DNA of 61,881 bases from Rhodospirillaceae bacterium (GTDB lineage: Bacteria > Pseudomonadota > Alphaproteobacteria > Rhodospirillales > Rhodospirillaceae): assembly GCA_041676205.1 (NCBI GenBank), contig JBAYSM010000001.1, positions 1 to 61,881 on the forward strand. Reading direction: 5' to 3'. Below the pieces are notes generated by a model that saw only the letters and a list, made by a program, of their open reading frames with translations, was not told the DNA's origin and did not search any database. Each line of letters starts with the position of its first letter. The stretch's first letter is position 1. A program made the position numbers and the translations under genes. Positions 1-10,371 of this stretch are shown here, in pieces.

Positions 1-1113
1 GCGCAAAAGCTGCTGGGGGCGGATGCGGCGGTGATGGTCACTGGCTCGCACAATCCGCCCAACCACAACGGTTTTAAAATGATGCGGGCGGGCAAGCCGT
101 TCTTTGGCGATGACATTCTGCGCCTGGGCACCATAGCCGAGGCCGGACTCTGGGCCAAAGGCACCGGCAGCGTCCGGGATGAGGGGATGCTCGACCGCTA
201 TGTCGCGCGCATTGCGCAGGATTGGGATGGCGGTGATCGCGCCCTGACAGTTGTGTGGGACGCCGGAAACGGTGCGGCGGGCGAGGCCATGGTCCAGTTG
301 GCGGCCCGGCTCCCCGGCCGCCATGTCCTGCTCAACGAGGTGATCGACGGGACCTTCCCGGCCCACCACCCCGATCCCACCATGCCCGAGACACTGGAGC
401 AGTTGGCCGCCGCCGTGGCCGCCGAGAATGCCGATCTCGGTATCGCCTTTGACGGCGATGGCGACCGCCTGGGCGTGATTGACGGGTCGGGCCGTATCTT
501 GTGGGGCGATCAAATCCTCGCCCTTCTGGCCGAGGACGTGCTGCGGGACCATCCCGGCGCCACCATCATCGCCGACGTCAAGGCCAGCCAGATGCTGTTC
601 GATGAGGTCACGCGCCTGGGTGGGGCGGCGCTGATGTGGAAAACCGGCCATTCCCTCATCAAGACCAAGATGGCCGAAACCGGCGCCCCGCTGGCCGGGG
701 AAATGAGCGGCCATATCTTCTTTGCCGACCGCTATTACGGGTTCGACGACGCGCTCTATGCCGCTGTGCGCTTCCTTGGCCTGATCGCCCGGCTGCCCGG
801 TACCCTGGCCGAGCGGGCGGCCCTGCTGCCATCCATGATAAACACCCCGGAACTGCGCTTTGATTGCCCGGACGACGAAAAATTTGCCGTCATCGAAGGC
901 GTGAAAAAGCGCCTGCGCGACCAGGGCGCCGAAGTGTCCGAAGTCGATGGCGTCCGCGTCCGCACCAAGGACGGCTGGTGGCTCCTGCGTGCTTCCAACA
1001 CCCAGGCCGTCCTGGTCGCCCGCGCCGAAGCGGCCGACCAAGCCGGCCTCGCCCGCGTCCGCGCCCAGCTCACCAGCGCCCTGGAAGCCTGCGGCCTGGC
1101 ACTGCCGGCGTAG
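1..1113 (+). CDS. Phosphomannomutase/phosphoglucomutase (5'-truncated by window edge)
   Basis: TGSHNP phosphoserine loop, FDGDGDR metal loop and GEMSGH sugar-binding motif; frame is open to position 1. Confidence 0.95.
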   Translation, partial: AQKLLGADAAVMVTGSHNPPNHNGFKMMRAGKPFFGDDILRLGTIAEAGLWAKGTGSVRDEGMLDRYVARIAQDWDGGDRALTVVWDAGNGAAGEAMVQLAARLPGRHVLLNEVIDGTFPAHHPDPTMPETLEQLAAAVAAENADLGIAFDGDGDRLGVIDGSGRILWGDQILALLAEDVLRDHPGATIIADVKASQMLFDEVTRLGGAALMWKTGHSLIKTKMAETGAPLAGEMSGHIFFADRYYGFDDALYAAVRFLGLIARLPGTLAERAALLPSMINTPELRFDCPDDEKFAVIEGVKKRLRDQGAEVSEVDGVRVRTKDGWWLLRASNTQAVLVARAEAADQAGLARVRAQLTSALEACGLALPA

Positions 1114-1127
1114 GTCAGACATTTAAG

Positions 1128-1155
1128 AAAGGGCGCTCCGCTGGAAGCGCCCTTT
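1128..1155. terminator. Probable bidirectional intrinsic terminator
   Basis: AAAGGGCGCT-8nt-AGCGCCCTTT between convergent genes. Confidence 0.7.
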
Positions 1156-1182
1156 GATGATGTGCTGTTGTGGATGGTAGGT

Positions 1183-2559
1183 TCAGCGCGCTTCGGCCCT
1201 GGAATTCACCCGTATGAGCGCAACGTCGATATCGTCGGGCGGCACGACCACGCAGCCGGCCTCGAACGACCGTAGGCGGGTGCACGCGGCGCGGGCCTCG
1301 GTTTCACTGGGCAGGCCGAGGACGCGGGCGCGGTAGATCATGCCGGCGTCGCCCTCAAGCGGCGTCACGGCGGCATGGCTGTGCGGCACGGCGGCCTGGA
1401 GCATGCGAGCGGCGCGGGCGGCCTGCTCGCTGGCCGAGGTGAAGGCGGCGAATGCCCCTACCTGAATGCCCCAGGTGCTGATGATCTGCGTGGTGGCGAC
1501 CGGAGGGGCCAATCCGGCGGGGCCGCCAAGGGCGGCGGCCGACTGCGTGGCCGCGATGCTCGTCTGGGTGACGGCCGGTTTGGCGGCAGGAATGACGCTG
1601 GCCACATTGGTCGGGTCATCGGGCGGCAGGACGTCGGTCGGGTTTTCCGCAGCGCTCGCCAGCATGGGATCGGGCTTGCGGCCCGGCGGGGGCAGGGACA
1701 CCATCGTCGTACCTTGAGCAAAGGCGTCGTCGAGCAGGCTCATCATGTGGCGGTCGCGCCAGCCTGCGGTCTTGCCGCCGAACACCACGCCCACCAAGGT
1801 CCGGCCATTGCGCTTGGCCGAGGTCGCCAGATTGAAGCCCGAGGCATTGATGTAGCCGGTCTTCAGGCCGTCGGCACCGTCGTATTTGCGCAGGACGTGG
1901 TTGTGGCTGCGGATGGTGGCGCCAGCCCATTGAAAGCTGCTGATGCCGAAGAAGTGGTAGTATTGCGGATGGTCGCGGCGCAGCGCGATGGCCAGGGTGG
2001 CCATGTCCCGTGCCGTTGAAACCTGCTTGGTGTCCGGCAGCCCCGATGCATTGCGGAAGGTCGTGTTTTTCATGCCAAGAGCGCGCGCCCGGTTGGTCAT
2101 CAACGTGCCGAAATTGCTTTCAGAGCCGCCAACGAACTCGGCCACCACGACGGCGACGTCGTTGGCCGACCGGGTGACCAGCGCCTTGATCGCGTCCTCC
2201 ACCGCAATGGTGTCGCCCACCTTGAGGCCCAGTTTGGTCGGCGGTTGCGCGGTGGCGCGGCTCGAAACCGGAAGACGCGTCTTGAGGTTCGCCTTGCCCT
2301 TTTCCATGGCATCGAACAGCATGTAAAGGGTCATCATCTTGGTCAGCGACGCAGGGTACTTCTGGCTGTCGGCATTGCGCGCATAAAGGACGCGGCCGGT
2401 GTCAACCTCGATCACGATCGAGGCGTATTTTGCCAGAGCCGGCGATGCGGTCGCGGCCATGAAGATTAGGGATAGCAGCGCCACAAGGGCGCCCAATCCA
2501 AAGGCGTGGCCGGGAGTCCTGGGGCGTGTTGGGGCGAAACGCTCAGTCACGTCGGGCAT
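1183..2559 (-). CDS. D-alanyl-D-alanine carboxypeptidase (peptidase S11) with C-terminal SPOR domain
   Basis: SLTK (SxxK), SAN and KTG motifs; Pro/Ala linker; WGIQVGAF...YRARV SPOR tail; start codon uncertain. Confidence 0.9.
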   Translation of the reverse strand: MPDVTERFAPTRPRTPGHAFGLGALVALLSLIFMAATASPALAKYASIVIEVDTGRVLYARNADSQKYPASLTKMMTLYMLFDAMEKGKANLKTRLPVSSRATAQPPTKLGLKVGDTIAVEDAIKALVTRSANDVAVVVAEFVGGSESNFGTLMTNRARALGMKNTTFRNASGLPDTKQVSTARDMATLAIALRRDHPQYYHFFGISSFQWAGATIRSHNHVLRKYDGADGLKTGYINASGFNLATSAKRNGRTLVGVVFGGKTAGWRDRHMMSLLDDAFAQGTTMVSLPPPGRKPDPMLASAAENPTDVLPPDDPTNVASVIPAAKPAVTQTSIAATQSAAALGGPAGLAPPVATTQIISTWGIQVGAFAAFTSASEQAARAARMLQAAVPHSHAAVTPLEGDAGMIYRARVLGLPSETEARAACTRLRSFEAGCVVVPPDDIDVALIRVNSRAEAR

Positions 2560-2618
2560 CTTTCGGAGTTTAGGGCGGTGTTCCGTGGCAGCCCCTACCA
2601 TAGATAAAAGGAGATTCC

Positions 2619-3353
2619 GTGTCTATCGATGTATCGAGTCGCAAGAATCGTGGCAGCTATGCGGCAGGGGTAAGACGTTTGTGCGCCGCCTTGTTCTGCG
2701 GGCTTGTCGTGGCATCGTGCGGGATGGGGGAGATGTCCAATGGCTTGGCTGATATCGAAAATCCGGTGTCGCGACGCCTGAACTGGTTCGCCTATCTGGA
2801 CGGCGCCGATATACGCCGGGAGTGTCGGGCTGGCAGTGATGACCGGGTGCGGATGGTCTTTAATGGCCGCTATATGGATCAGGTGCAGTCTTATGAATTG
2901 ACGCAGGATGGCGGAGCGGAAGTGCTGCAGACACACGTCTTCGCGCCGTTCCAGGTCAACCGGCCCTTCGGTCTCGATGGCATCGGGGAGGTGGCGAGCG
3001 GCAGGCCTCGAATGGAGCGCCTCGGCCAAGCGGGCGCGCAGGCCCTGTGGGCGGCGCTGGCCGACAGCGGCGCCTTTGAACCGGCGCCGCGTGGTCTTTG
3101 GCTGGACAGCGAGGAGTTCTATTGGATCGCGGTGGGGTGCCGCGACGGCGCGGTGTTCTTTAATGCCTGGCGCCATCCGTCCCCGCGCTTCGCCGCGCTG
3201 ACGTTTCCCGAGGTCCTGAGGCGGTACGAGACCTCCGATGTGGCGTGGCCGCGCTTGGACATGCCGCCCGACATCATGCGTCAATCCGACATCCGCGAGA
3301 GTGAAGTGCCGCACTTTCGCCTGGAGGTCCGCCCGGAAGGGATTAAGCGGTAG
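2619..3353 (+). CDS. Hypothetical lipoprotein
   Basis: Hydrophobic leader ending in VASC lipobox; globular Trp/Cys-containing body; start uncertain. Confidence 0.7.
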   Translation: MSIDVSSRKNRGSYAAGVRRLCAALFCGLVVASCGMGEMSNGLADIENPVSRRLNWFAYLDGADIRRECRAGSDDRVRMVFNGRYMDQVQSYELTQDGGAEVLQTHVFAPFQVNRPFGLDGIGEVASGRPRMERLGQAGAQALWAALADSGAFEPAPRGLWLDSEEFYWIAVGCRDGAVFFNAWRHPSPRFAALTFPEVLRRYETSDVAWPRLDMPPDIMRQSDIRESEVPHFRLEVRPEGIKR

Positions 3354-3570
3354 GGAGCGGAGCCGTGCACGGAAGGGCGGAGACCGTTCCCTCGTCGGTG
3401 CACTGCATCATCCCGTCGTATAGGGCACTCGCCCCCAGTGTCCGGTGTTCCTATATGGAATGCGTCGGTGGTGATCAGGAAAGGTGACTTCCCCCAAGGG
3501 GTACTGAAAGCGGGGGCAACGTGTTTGGGGCGTTCCGGGCGGTTGTTGAGACGATAATCGCAGTGACGCC

Positions 3571-3596
3571 TTTGCATATGGTCTGCGCGCCCATAA
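3571..3596 (+). promoter_or_regulatory. Candidate RpoH (sigma32)-type promoter for clpSA
   Basis: TTTGCA-N12-GCCCATAA about 50 bp upstream of clpS; imperfect match to CTTGAA/CCCCAT. Confidence 0.3.
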
Positions 3597-3644
3597 ACTC
3601 GACGGAACGGACACTGACACCGTTGGGTAATCGGCAGGAACAAC

Positions 3645-3971
3645 ATGAGCGACTTCGACCGCGACGACGACCGCAACCCCGGCACTGGCATCGCCACCCG
3701 GACACGGCCCAAGACCAAGAAGCCGTCCATGTACAAGGTCTTGATGCTGAATGACGACTATACCCCCATGGAATTCGTCGTTCACGTCCTGGAGCGGTTT
3801 TTCTTCAAGAACCGCGATGAGGCGACGCAGATCATGCTGCATGTGCATCAAAAAGGTGTGGGCGTGTGCGGCGTGTTCACCTACGAAGTGGCCGAAACCA
3901 AGGTCACTCAGGTTATGGATCTGGCGCGCCAGCAGCAGCATCCGTTGCAGTGCACCATCGAGAAAGATTGA
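3645..3971 (+). CDS. clpS: ATP-dependent Clp protease adaptor ClpS
   Basis: [17 protein letters not shown] and HPLQCTIE motifs; directly upstream of clpA. Confidence 0.97.
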   Translation: MSDFDRDDDRNPGTGIATRTRPKTKKPSMYKVLMLNDDYTPMEFVVHVLERFFFKNRDEATQIMLHVHQKGVGVCGVFTYEVAETKVTQVMDLARQQQHPLQCTIEKD

Positions 3972-4078
3972 TGCCGGAGGTACCCTTTCCCAATCAGTGT
4001 TGCAGGTAAGAACTGTTGCAACCCGGTAGGGGCATCCGGCCGTTAGGCTAGTGAAGATCGAGCGAAGGGTAACGGTTG

Positions 4079-6388
4079 ATGCTGTCCCGCAACCTGGAAA
4101 AAACGCTGCACAAGGCTCTCGCCCTCGCGGGTGAGCGGACTCACGAATACGTGACCTTGGAGCACTTGCTGCTGGCTCTCACGCAAGACGCCGATGCGAT
4201 GGCGGTCATGCGGGCCTGCGGCGTCGACCTCGACAAACTGGCAACCGAGGTCACGCAGTTCATCAATTCAGAGCTTCAGGGATTGGTCGCGCCCGGTGGT
4301 GCCGACCCTACCCCCACGGCCGGGTTCCAGCGTGTCGTCCAGCGCGCTGCCATACACGTGCAATCCTCGGGACGCGAGGAGGTCACAGGGGCCAATATCC
4401 TTGTGGCGCTGTTCTCCGAGCGGGAGAGCCATGCCGTGTACTTCCTGCGCCAGCAGGACATGACGCGGCTCGATGCCGTCAATTACATCAGCCACGGCAT
4501 TGCCAAACGGCCGGGTCATTCCGGAGCCCGAACTGTTCATGGCGCCGACGAAGGTTCGGCCGAGGAGGACGTGGTGAAGAAGGGGCAGGAAGCACTCGAC
4601 GCCTACTGCGTGAACCTCAACCGCAAGGCGGCCGAAGGGAAGATCGACCCCCTCATCGGACGCGAGCAGGAGGTTGAACGCACCATCCAAATCCTCTGCC
4701 GGAGGTCCAAGAACAACCCGCTGTACGTCGGCGACCCCGGTGTGGGCAAGACTGCCATTGCCGAGGGCCTGGCGCGCCGCATCGTCAAGGGCGAGGTGCC
4801 CGAGGTGCTCAAGCCGGCGGTGATCTTTGCGCTGGACATGGGCGCCCTGCTGGCTGGAACGCGCTATCGCGGTGACTTCGAAGAACGCCTCAAGGCGGTC
4901 ATGAAGGAACTGGAGGCGATGCCGGACGCCGTCCTGTTCATCGACGAAATCCATACGGTGATCGGGGCCGGGGCGACCTCGGGCGGGTCCATGGACGCGT
5001 CCAATCTGCTCAAGCCGGCGCTGGCGTCGGGAGCCATCCGCTGCATCGGGTCCACGACCTACAAGGAATTTCGCGGCCACTTTGAAAAGGACCGCGCGCT
5101 GGTCCGGCGCTTCCAGAAGATCGACGTCAACGAACCGTCGGTCGAGGACGCCATCAAAATCCTGCACGGCCTCAAGCCGTACTACGAGAAGCATCACAAC
5201 GTCCGCTACACGGCCGAGGCGTTGAAGGCGGCGGTGGAACTCTCGGCCCGCTACATCGGCGACCGCAAGCTTCCCGACAAGGCCATCGACATCATCGACG
5301 AGGTCGGGGCCGCCCGGATGCTGTTGCCCGAGAGCAAGCGCCGCAAGACCGTCACCGTCCGCGACGTCGAGGAAGTGGTCGCCAAGATTGCGCGCATCCC
5401 CCCGAAGTCGGTGTCGTCCGACGACCGCGAGGCACTGGCCAATCTGGAACGCGACCTCAAGACCATGGTGTTCGGGCAGAACAAGGCCATTGATGCCCTG
5501 TCCTCGGCCATCAAGCTGGCCCGTGCCGGTCTGCGCGACGCCGAGAAACCGATTGGCTGCTACCTGTTCTCCGGCCCCACCGGCGTCGGCAAGACGGAGG
5601 TGGCCAAGCAGTTGTCCCGGTCGCTCGGTATCGAACTTCTGCGCTTCGACATGTCGGAGTACATGGAGCGTCACACGGTATCTCGCCTGATCGGTGCGCC
5701 GCCGGGGTATGTCGGGTTCGACCAGGGCGGCCTGTTGACCGACGGCGTGGACCAGCATCCGCATAGCGTGCTGCTGCTCGACGAAATCGAAAAGGCCCAC
5801 CCCGATCTGTTCAACATTCTGTTGCAGGTCATGGACCACGGCAAGCTGACCGACCACAACGGCAAGACAGTGGACTTCCGCAACGTCATCCTGATCATGA
5901 CGACCAATGCCGGCGCCCAGGAACTGGCGAAGAATACCATTGGCTTCATGAGCGACGAGCGGAAGGGTGATGATACCGAGGCTATTGAACGCATGTTCTC
6001 GCCGGAGTTCCGCAACCGCCTGGACGCCACCATTCCCTTTAGTAATCTGCCAATGGAAGTGGTTGAAAAGGTGGTGGACAAGTTTGTCATCGAACTGGAG
6101 GTCCAGCTCAGCGACCGGGACGTGTCCATCGAACTGACCGCCGAGGCTCGCAATTGGTTGGCCCGTAAGGGTTATGACAAGTCCATGGGTGCGCGGCCGT
6201 TGGCCCGTGTCATCCAGGAGAACATCAAGAAGCCCCTGGCCGAAGAATTGTTGTTCGGCAAACTGGTGGCCGGCGGCACGGTCGCCGTGCGCATCGACAA
6301 CGACAAGGTGGTCTTTGACGTCACGTCGGCTCCTGGCAAGAAGGGTGGCGGCTCGGCCAGCAGGCGCAAGGAACCGGAATACGTCTGA
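4079..6388 (+). CDS. clpA: ATP-dependent Clp protease ATP-binding subunit ClpA
   Basis: Two AAA+ modules (GDPGVGKT, GPTGVGKT), IGF loop, no ClpB middle domain. Confidence 0.97.
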   Translation: MLSRNLEKTLHKALALAGERTHEYVTLEHLLLALTQDADAMAVMRACGVDLDKLATEVTQFINSELQGLVAPGGADPTPTAGFQRVVQRAAIHVQSSGREEVTGANILVALFSERESHAVYFLRQQDMTRLDAVNYISHGIAKRPGHSGARTVHGADEGSAEEDVVKKGQEALDAYCVNLNRKAAEGKIDPLIGREQEVERTIQILCRRSKNNPLYVGDPGVGKTAIAEGLARRIVKGEVPEVLKPAVIFALDMGALLAGTRYRGDFEERLKAVMKELEAMPDAVLFIDEIHTVIGAGATSGGSMDASNLLKPALASGAIRCIGSTTYKEFRGHFEKDRALVRRFQKIDVNEPSVEDAIKILHGLKPYYEKHHNVRYTAEALKAAVELSARYIGDRKLPDKAIDIIDEVGAARMLLPESKRRKTVTVRDVEEVVAKIARIPPKSVSSDDREALANLERDLKTMVFGQNKAIDALSSAIKLARAGLRDAEKPIGCYLFSGPTGVGKTEVAKQLSRSLGIELLRFDMSEYMERHTVSRLIGAPPGYVGFDQGGLLTDGVDQHPHSVLLLDEIEKAHPDLFNILLQVMDHGKLTDHNGKTVDFRNVILIMTTNAGAQELAKNTIGFMSDERKGDDTEAIERMFSPEFRNRLDATIPFSNLPMEVVEKVVDKFVIELEVQLSDRDVSIELTAEARNWLARKGYDKSMGARPLARVIQENIKKPLAEELLFGKLVAGGTVAVRIDNDKVVFDVTSAPGKKGGGSASRRKEPEYV

Positions 6389-6410
6389 CCCGATCCCAGG
6401 CGTGCGTGAG

Positions 6411-6441
6411 GAAAGGCGGTCCCGAGAGGGGCCGCCTTTTT
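6411..6441 (+). terminator. Intrinsic terminator after clpA
   Basis: GAAAGGCGGTCCC-GAGA-GGGGCCGCC-TTTTT. Confidence 0.85.
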
Positions 6442-6460
6442 CATCGTAAAGGCCCCTATG

Positions 6461-6916
6461 TCAGACGCGATGAATCGGCTGCAGGTGTTCGACCACGAAC
6501 TCTGTGCCCAAACGCGCCGCCACGATGCTGCGGTGGCAATTGGCAGGGTCGCTCTCCATGCACATCAGGGCGACCCGCTCCTCAATGGCCAAGGCGCGGA
6601 GGGCAGCGAGGGCGTCCTGTGCCTCTGGGCGGGCGAGCTGGGTGTCGTAGATCCGGCGCATGGTGGCCGTGTCGCCGCGTTTGGCCGCGTCGCGGCCTTC
6701 CTTTGGGGTGCCCAAGGCCTTGAGGTGGCGGTATGCGATGCCCGCATCGTTCAGTGCGGCGGCCAGGGCAGTTTTTGAGAACGGGCGGTTGCGCGATGCC
6801 GGCACCGCCCGCACATCCACCAGTTCGGCCACACCCGCAGCCTTGAGCGCATCGAGGAATGGACCGATGGCGCTGCCGGCATAACCGATGGTGAAAATGA
6901 TGGCTGGGCTTGTCAT
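6461..6916 (-). CDS. DUF488 family protein
   Basis: IFTIGY, LVDVR..P.SR...FS and LMCMESDPANCHRS motifs. Confidence 0.85.
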   Translation of the reverse strand: MTSPAIIFTIGYAGSAIGPFLDALKAAGVAELVDVRAVPASRNRPFSKTALAAALNDAGIAYRHLKALGTPKEGRDAAKRGDTATMRRIYDTQLARPEAQDALAALRALAIEERVALMCMESDPANCHRSIVAARLGTEFVVEHLQPIHRV

Positions 6917-7002
6917 TGCCGCTCTCCTATTGACCAAGGCTTGCGCCCCTGGGCAGTCTCTCCCATGCTCGGCCGTCGGATTTGCCGAGGAACGGAGGGA
7001 CA

Positions 7003-8109
7003 ATGGTGCAGGATAGTCTTGCCGGAGTGAAGGTTCTCGATCTCAGCCAGTACATTCCGGGGCCGTTTGCCACGTTGCTGCTGGCCGACCTGGGGGCCGA
7101 GGTGGTGAAGGTCGAACCCCCGCAGGGCGACCCCATGGCGGCCTTTGAGCCTTGCGATGGCGACGGCATTTCGCCTTACTACAAGGCGGTGAACGCCGGG
7201 AAGACCGTCGTGCGTCTCGACCTGAAGACGGTCGAGGGCAAGGCCGCCTTTGAGCGGCTGGTCGTCCGCGCCGATGTGCTGCTGGAAAGTTTCCGGCCCG
7301 GCGTGATGGAGCGCCTTGGCTTTGGTCCCGATCATTTGCGGGCGCTAAATCCGGGGCTGGTCCATTGCGCCTTGTCGGGATTCGGGCAGACGGGGCCATG
7401 GCGCCTGCGTGCCGGACATGACATCACGTATATGGCGCTGGCGGGCGTGCTTGGCCTGAATGGCCCGGCCGCTCAACCGCCGCACATGCCATTTCCGCCC
7501 GTGGCTGACCATGTGAGCGCCTTGGGCGCCGTGACCGCTGTTCTGGGGGCGCTGTTGCGCAAGGCCCGTACCGGGCAGGGCGCAACACTCGACGTGTCGA
7601 TTTTTGAATCGGCGCTGCACCTGAATTACCAGGCCTTGTTGCTTGCCTCGCGTGGCGGCGGGCCGGATCGCGAGGCTGATTTGCTCAACGGTGGCGCGGC
7701 CTGCTATCGCGCCTACCGTTGCGCGGATGGCGGTTTCCTTGCGGTCGGCGCGCTGGAACCCAAGTTCTGGCATGCGTTCTGCAACGCCGTGGGGCGCCCG
7801 GAGTGGGTGGCGCGCCAAGCCGAACCGTTGCCTCAGACGTCCCTCATTGAGGATGTGGCAGCCGCCCTGGAGACCCGTCCGCTCGGGCACTGGACGCACC
7901 TCCTTGAGAACGTCGATTGTTGTGTTGAGCCGGTCCTGACGCCTGCCGAAGCCCTGGCTCAACCGCATGTTCAGGACAGATGTCTCGCGGCCGGTGGGCC
8001 GGGCGGCTTGGATCTGCGGTTCCCCGCATGGTCCGATAGCCGCCCGCCCGCCCCGCGCAAGTCTTACCGAGAGGAGAATTTCGAAACCGTAATCGCGTTA
8101 TGGCAATAA
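7003..8109 (+). CDS. CaiB/BaiF class III CoA-transferase (AMACR-like)
   Basis: VLDLSQYIPGPFAT, ESFRPGVMERLG and GHDITYMA motifs; GGAGG RBS. Confidence 0.92.
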   Translation: MVQDSLAGVKVLDLSQYIPGPFATLLLADLGAEVVKVEPPQGDPMAAFEPCDGDGISPYYKAVNAGKTVVRLDLKTVEGKAAFERLVVRADVLLESFRPGVMERLGFGPDHLRALNPGLVHCALSGFGQTGPWRLRAGHDITYMALAGVLGLNGPAAQPPHMPFPPVADHVSALGAVTAVLGALLRKARTGQGATLDVSIFESALHLNYQALLLASRGGGPDREADLLNGGAACYRAYRCADGGFLAVGALEPKFWHAFCNAVGRPEWVARQAEPLPQTSLIEDVAAALETRPLGHWTHLLENVDCCVEPVLTPAEALAQPHVQDRCLAAGGPGGLDLRFPAWSDSRPPAPRKSYREENFETVIALWQ

Positions 8110-8122
8110 GGAGCGAAAGACA

Positions 8123-8311
8123 CTACTTCCGGTCGCTGGCGCGGGGTGGGGTCGGCGTTTGAGGCGCTTTGGCCGTATCATTCATGGCCGTCTGCAGAGT
8201 GCCCGAGTCAGCCGACTGGTGGCCTGCGCACTCTGCGACCGCAGTGCTGGCAAAGGCCAGAGTGCCTGCAAGGGCCAATGCCGCGACGGGAAGGCGAGCA
8301 AGTGAGAGCAT
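8123..8311 (-). CDS. Small secreted protein (62 aa)
   Basis: AAGGAGA RBS; signal peptide ending in AVA; mature peptide starts ECAGH. Confidence 0.75.
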   Translation of the reverse strand: MLSLARLPVAALALAGTLAFASTAVAECAGHQSADSGTLQTAMNDTAKAPQTPTPPRASDRK

Positions 8312-8609
8312 GAGGTGTCTCCTTGGCGGGTGCCGTTCAGACGAAGCCCGAGTCTACCAGTGGGTCTTATGGCGGGCAACCGCTCGTGCGAATAATTATG
8401 AATGGAGTCGCCGCCAAGCGCGCCGGAGCCACCGGGAGGGCGGGGCATTCGTGCCCGCGTGAGTGGTCCTTATGGGCCATGTATAGGGTGTTTTTGGCTG
8501 TTTTGTTCCGTTTTAATCGAGGGGCTTCCTGCGGATATTCGTCATGTGTGTTGACTTACGCCGTAGGGTTGCGCTTGAATGGGTCTGTCGAGCTGAAGAG
8601 AGGCCTATC

Positions 8610-9041
8610 GTGAACATTGAAAAAGAACCCGACCCGATCGACGTCCATGTCGGCGGGCGTATGCAATTGCGCCGTACGCTCATGGGCATGACCCAGGAGC
8701 AACTGGCGAAAGCCATTGGCGTGTCGTTTCAGCAGGTCCAAAAATACGAGCGGGGCCTAAATCGTCTGAGCGCGAGCCGTTTGTTCGACGTCTGTCAGGC
8801 CCTTGGGGTATCGATCACCTACTTCTTTGAGGACGTGCCGGAGGATGTTCTGCGGTCGCGCAAGCGAAACGCCGAAGTCACCGAGCCGGCGGCTCTGGGC
8901 GGCGCACGTCGCACGTCCAGCGACCTCATGGCAAAGACCGAGTCGCTGGAATTGGTGCGGTCGTACTGGCACATGCCGACCAACCAGCGTGAAAAGGTTC
9001 GCGCGCTGATCGATACGCTGGCCCGTTCAAACAAGCCATAG
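8610..9041 (+). CDS. XRE-family HTH transcriptional regulator (PhrR/PraR-like)
   Basis: DPIDVHVG...QEQLAKAIGVSFQQVQKYERGLNRLSASRL; GTG start after GAGAGG. Confidence 0.9.
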   Translation: MNIEKEPDPIDVHVGGRMQLRRTLMGMTQEQLAKAIGVSFQQVQKYERGLNRLSASRLFDVCQALGVSITYFFEDVPEDVLRSRKRNAEVTEPAALGGARRTSSDLMAKTESLELVRSYWHMPTNQREKVRALIDTLARSNKP

Positions 9042-9498
9042 TCAAAGGCGCGGCTCATCGCCCGCCCTTGATTACCACGCGTCAAAGCCGGCCGCTCTGT
9101 GCGGCCGGTTTTTAATTGCGCCCCACCCATCCGCTTGTCCGGGAGGAGGATTGGAACGCCGCCGGGCGGGAACTGTCCCTTTGTGAACCGGGATGCTGGC
9201 GCGCCTCGCAGTGTCGAGCTGAAAGAAGCAGTATCCCCGGTCCGCCTAAACTCCGGCGGTTTCCAGGGGTACCCTACTGCATGTTCCCGACAAAAGGTCC
9301 TCTCTGAAATGAGGGGGAGGGGCGGCAACATCGTATACCTATTATATATGATGGGAGCGTAAAGTGCCGAAATCTGTTTCCATGTTGGGCGGCAGGAAGC
9401 GGTGAAAATCGAACGTGCACGCTTGGTGCGCCACTCCGCTGACGCTTGCCCCCTTATGTGGGGTGGGGGGGGATGCATGAAAGGCAAGGGTGGGCACC

Positions 9499-9720
9499 AT
9501 GATGTCAATGCAGCGACAAGACCGGAATGATCTCGCTCGTGATGGGCTGGAAGTGCGAGTTCACCGGCTGCGGGCGCTGCGTGCCATGCTGGTCTTCGCC
9601 GCTCAAGAGGCGCAGGCACTGGGAGAGGCGCCGTTGTCGGGCGCGATAGAGCAGGCGCTAGAGACCGCGGAACTGGCCGTGTCCTCTGATATTGGCCGCC
9701 CCTACGGTCACGACGCCTGA
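9499..9720 (+). CDS. Small helical hypothetical protein
   Basis: 73-aa amphipathic helical ORF; no recognised family. Confidence 0.55.
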   Translation: MMSMQRQDRNDLARDGLEVRVHRLRALRAMLVFAAQEAQALGEAPLSGAIEQALETAELAVSSDIGRPYGHDA

Positions 9721-9844
9721 CGCATCATAACCTTTTCCCTGGAATACTCCTTGGGGATTAGCCCGCGCGCACGGTGGACCCTGGTCCATTGGCAACCGAT
9801 CATGGATGGCCGCCATCCGCGTCGTTGCCAACCAGGGAGCCGTC

Positions 9845-10327
9845 ATGTTTCGTGCCGCACTTGGGGCCGCCATCGGTATCCTTGCCCTGACCGTTGCCTT
9901 TGTGACGTTGCGCACGGACGATCCCCCGCCGGTCGCCTATCACAGTCTGGAGCGTGACATCGCGCGCGTGACCCTTCAGGGTGAGGTCCTCGCCGCGCGG
10001 GGCGATGAGTGCCTGAACGCCTCGCGCGAAGGCGACCCTGCGGCCGTAACTCAGTGCCGCAATTTCTTGATGGATGCCGAGCAGTGGTCGCGCCCGTTGG
10101 ACGAGGTGGGGCAGCGCCTGAGCGAACTCGACATGCATTTGGAGGATGATGCGCTGATCGCTGTCGGGGCAACCAATGGCCCGGCCGTTGACAGTCTCGC
10201 CGCCCTCGCCGCCGTCACCGCCCGTCTGGGGTCCCAGGTCGAGCAGATCGATGCCTGGATGGTCGGCACGGCCCAGGCGGCCGAACGGGGCCGTCGTGGC
10301 GGACGATTGATCCCGGTGCCGGATTAA
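9845..10327 (+). CDS. Hypothetical membrane-anchored protein
   Basis: N-terminal TM segment, helical body with a Cys pair; GGGAG RBS. Confidence 0.65.
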   Translation: MFRAALGAAIGILALTVAFVTLRTDDPPPVAYHSLERDIARVTLQGEVLAARGDECLNASREGDPAAVTQCRNFLMDAEQWSRPLDEVGQRLSELDMHLEDDALIAVGATNGPAVDSLAALAAVTARLGSQVEQIDAWMVGTAQAAERGRRGGRLIPVPD

Positions 10328-10371
10328 CCCTTGCACAGGTGCCCGGTGCATCCCCCAAGGGGCGTTGCGTG

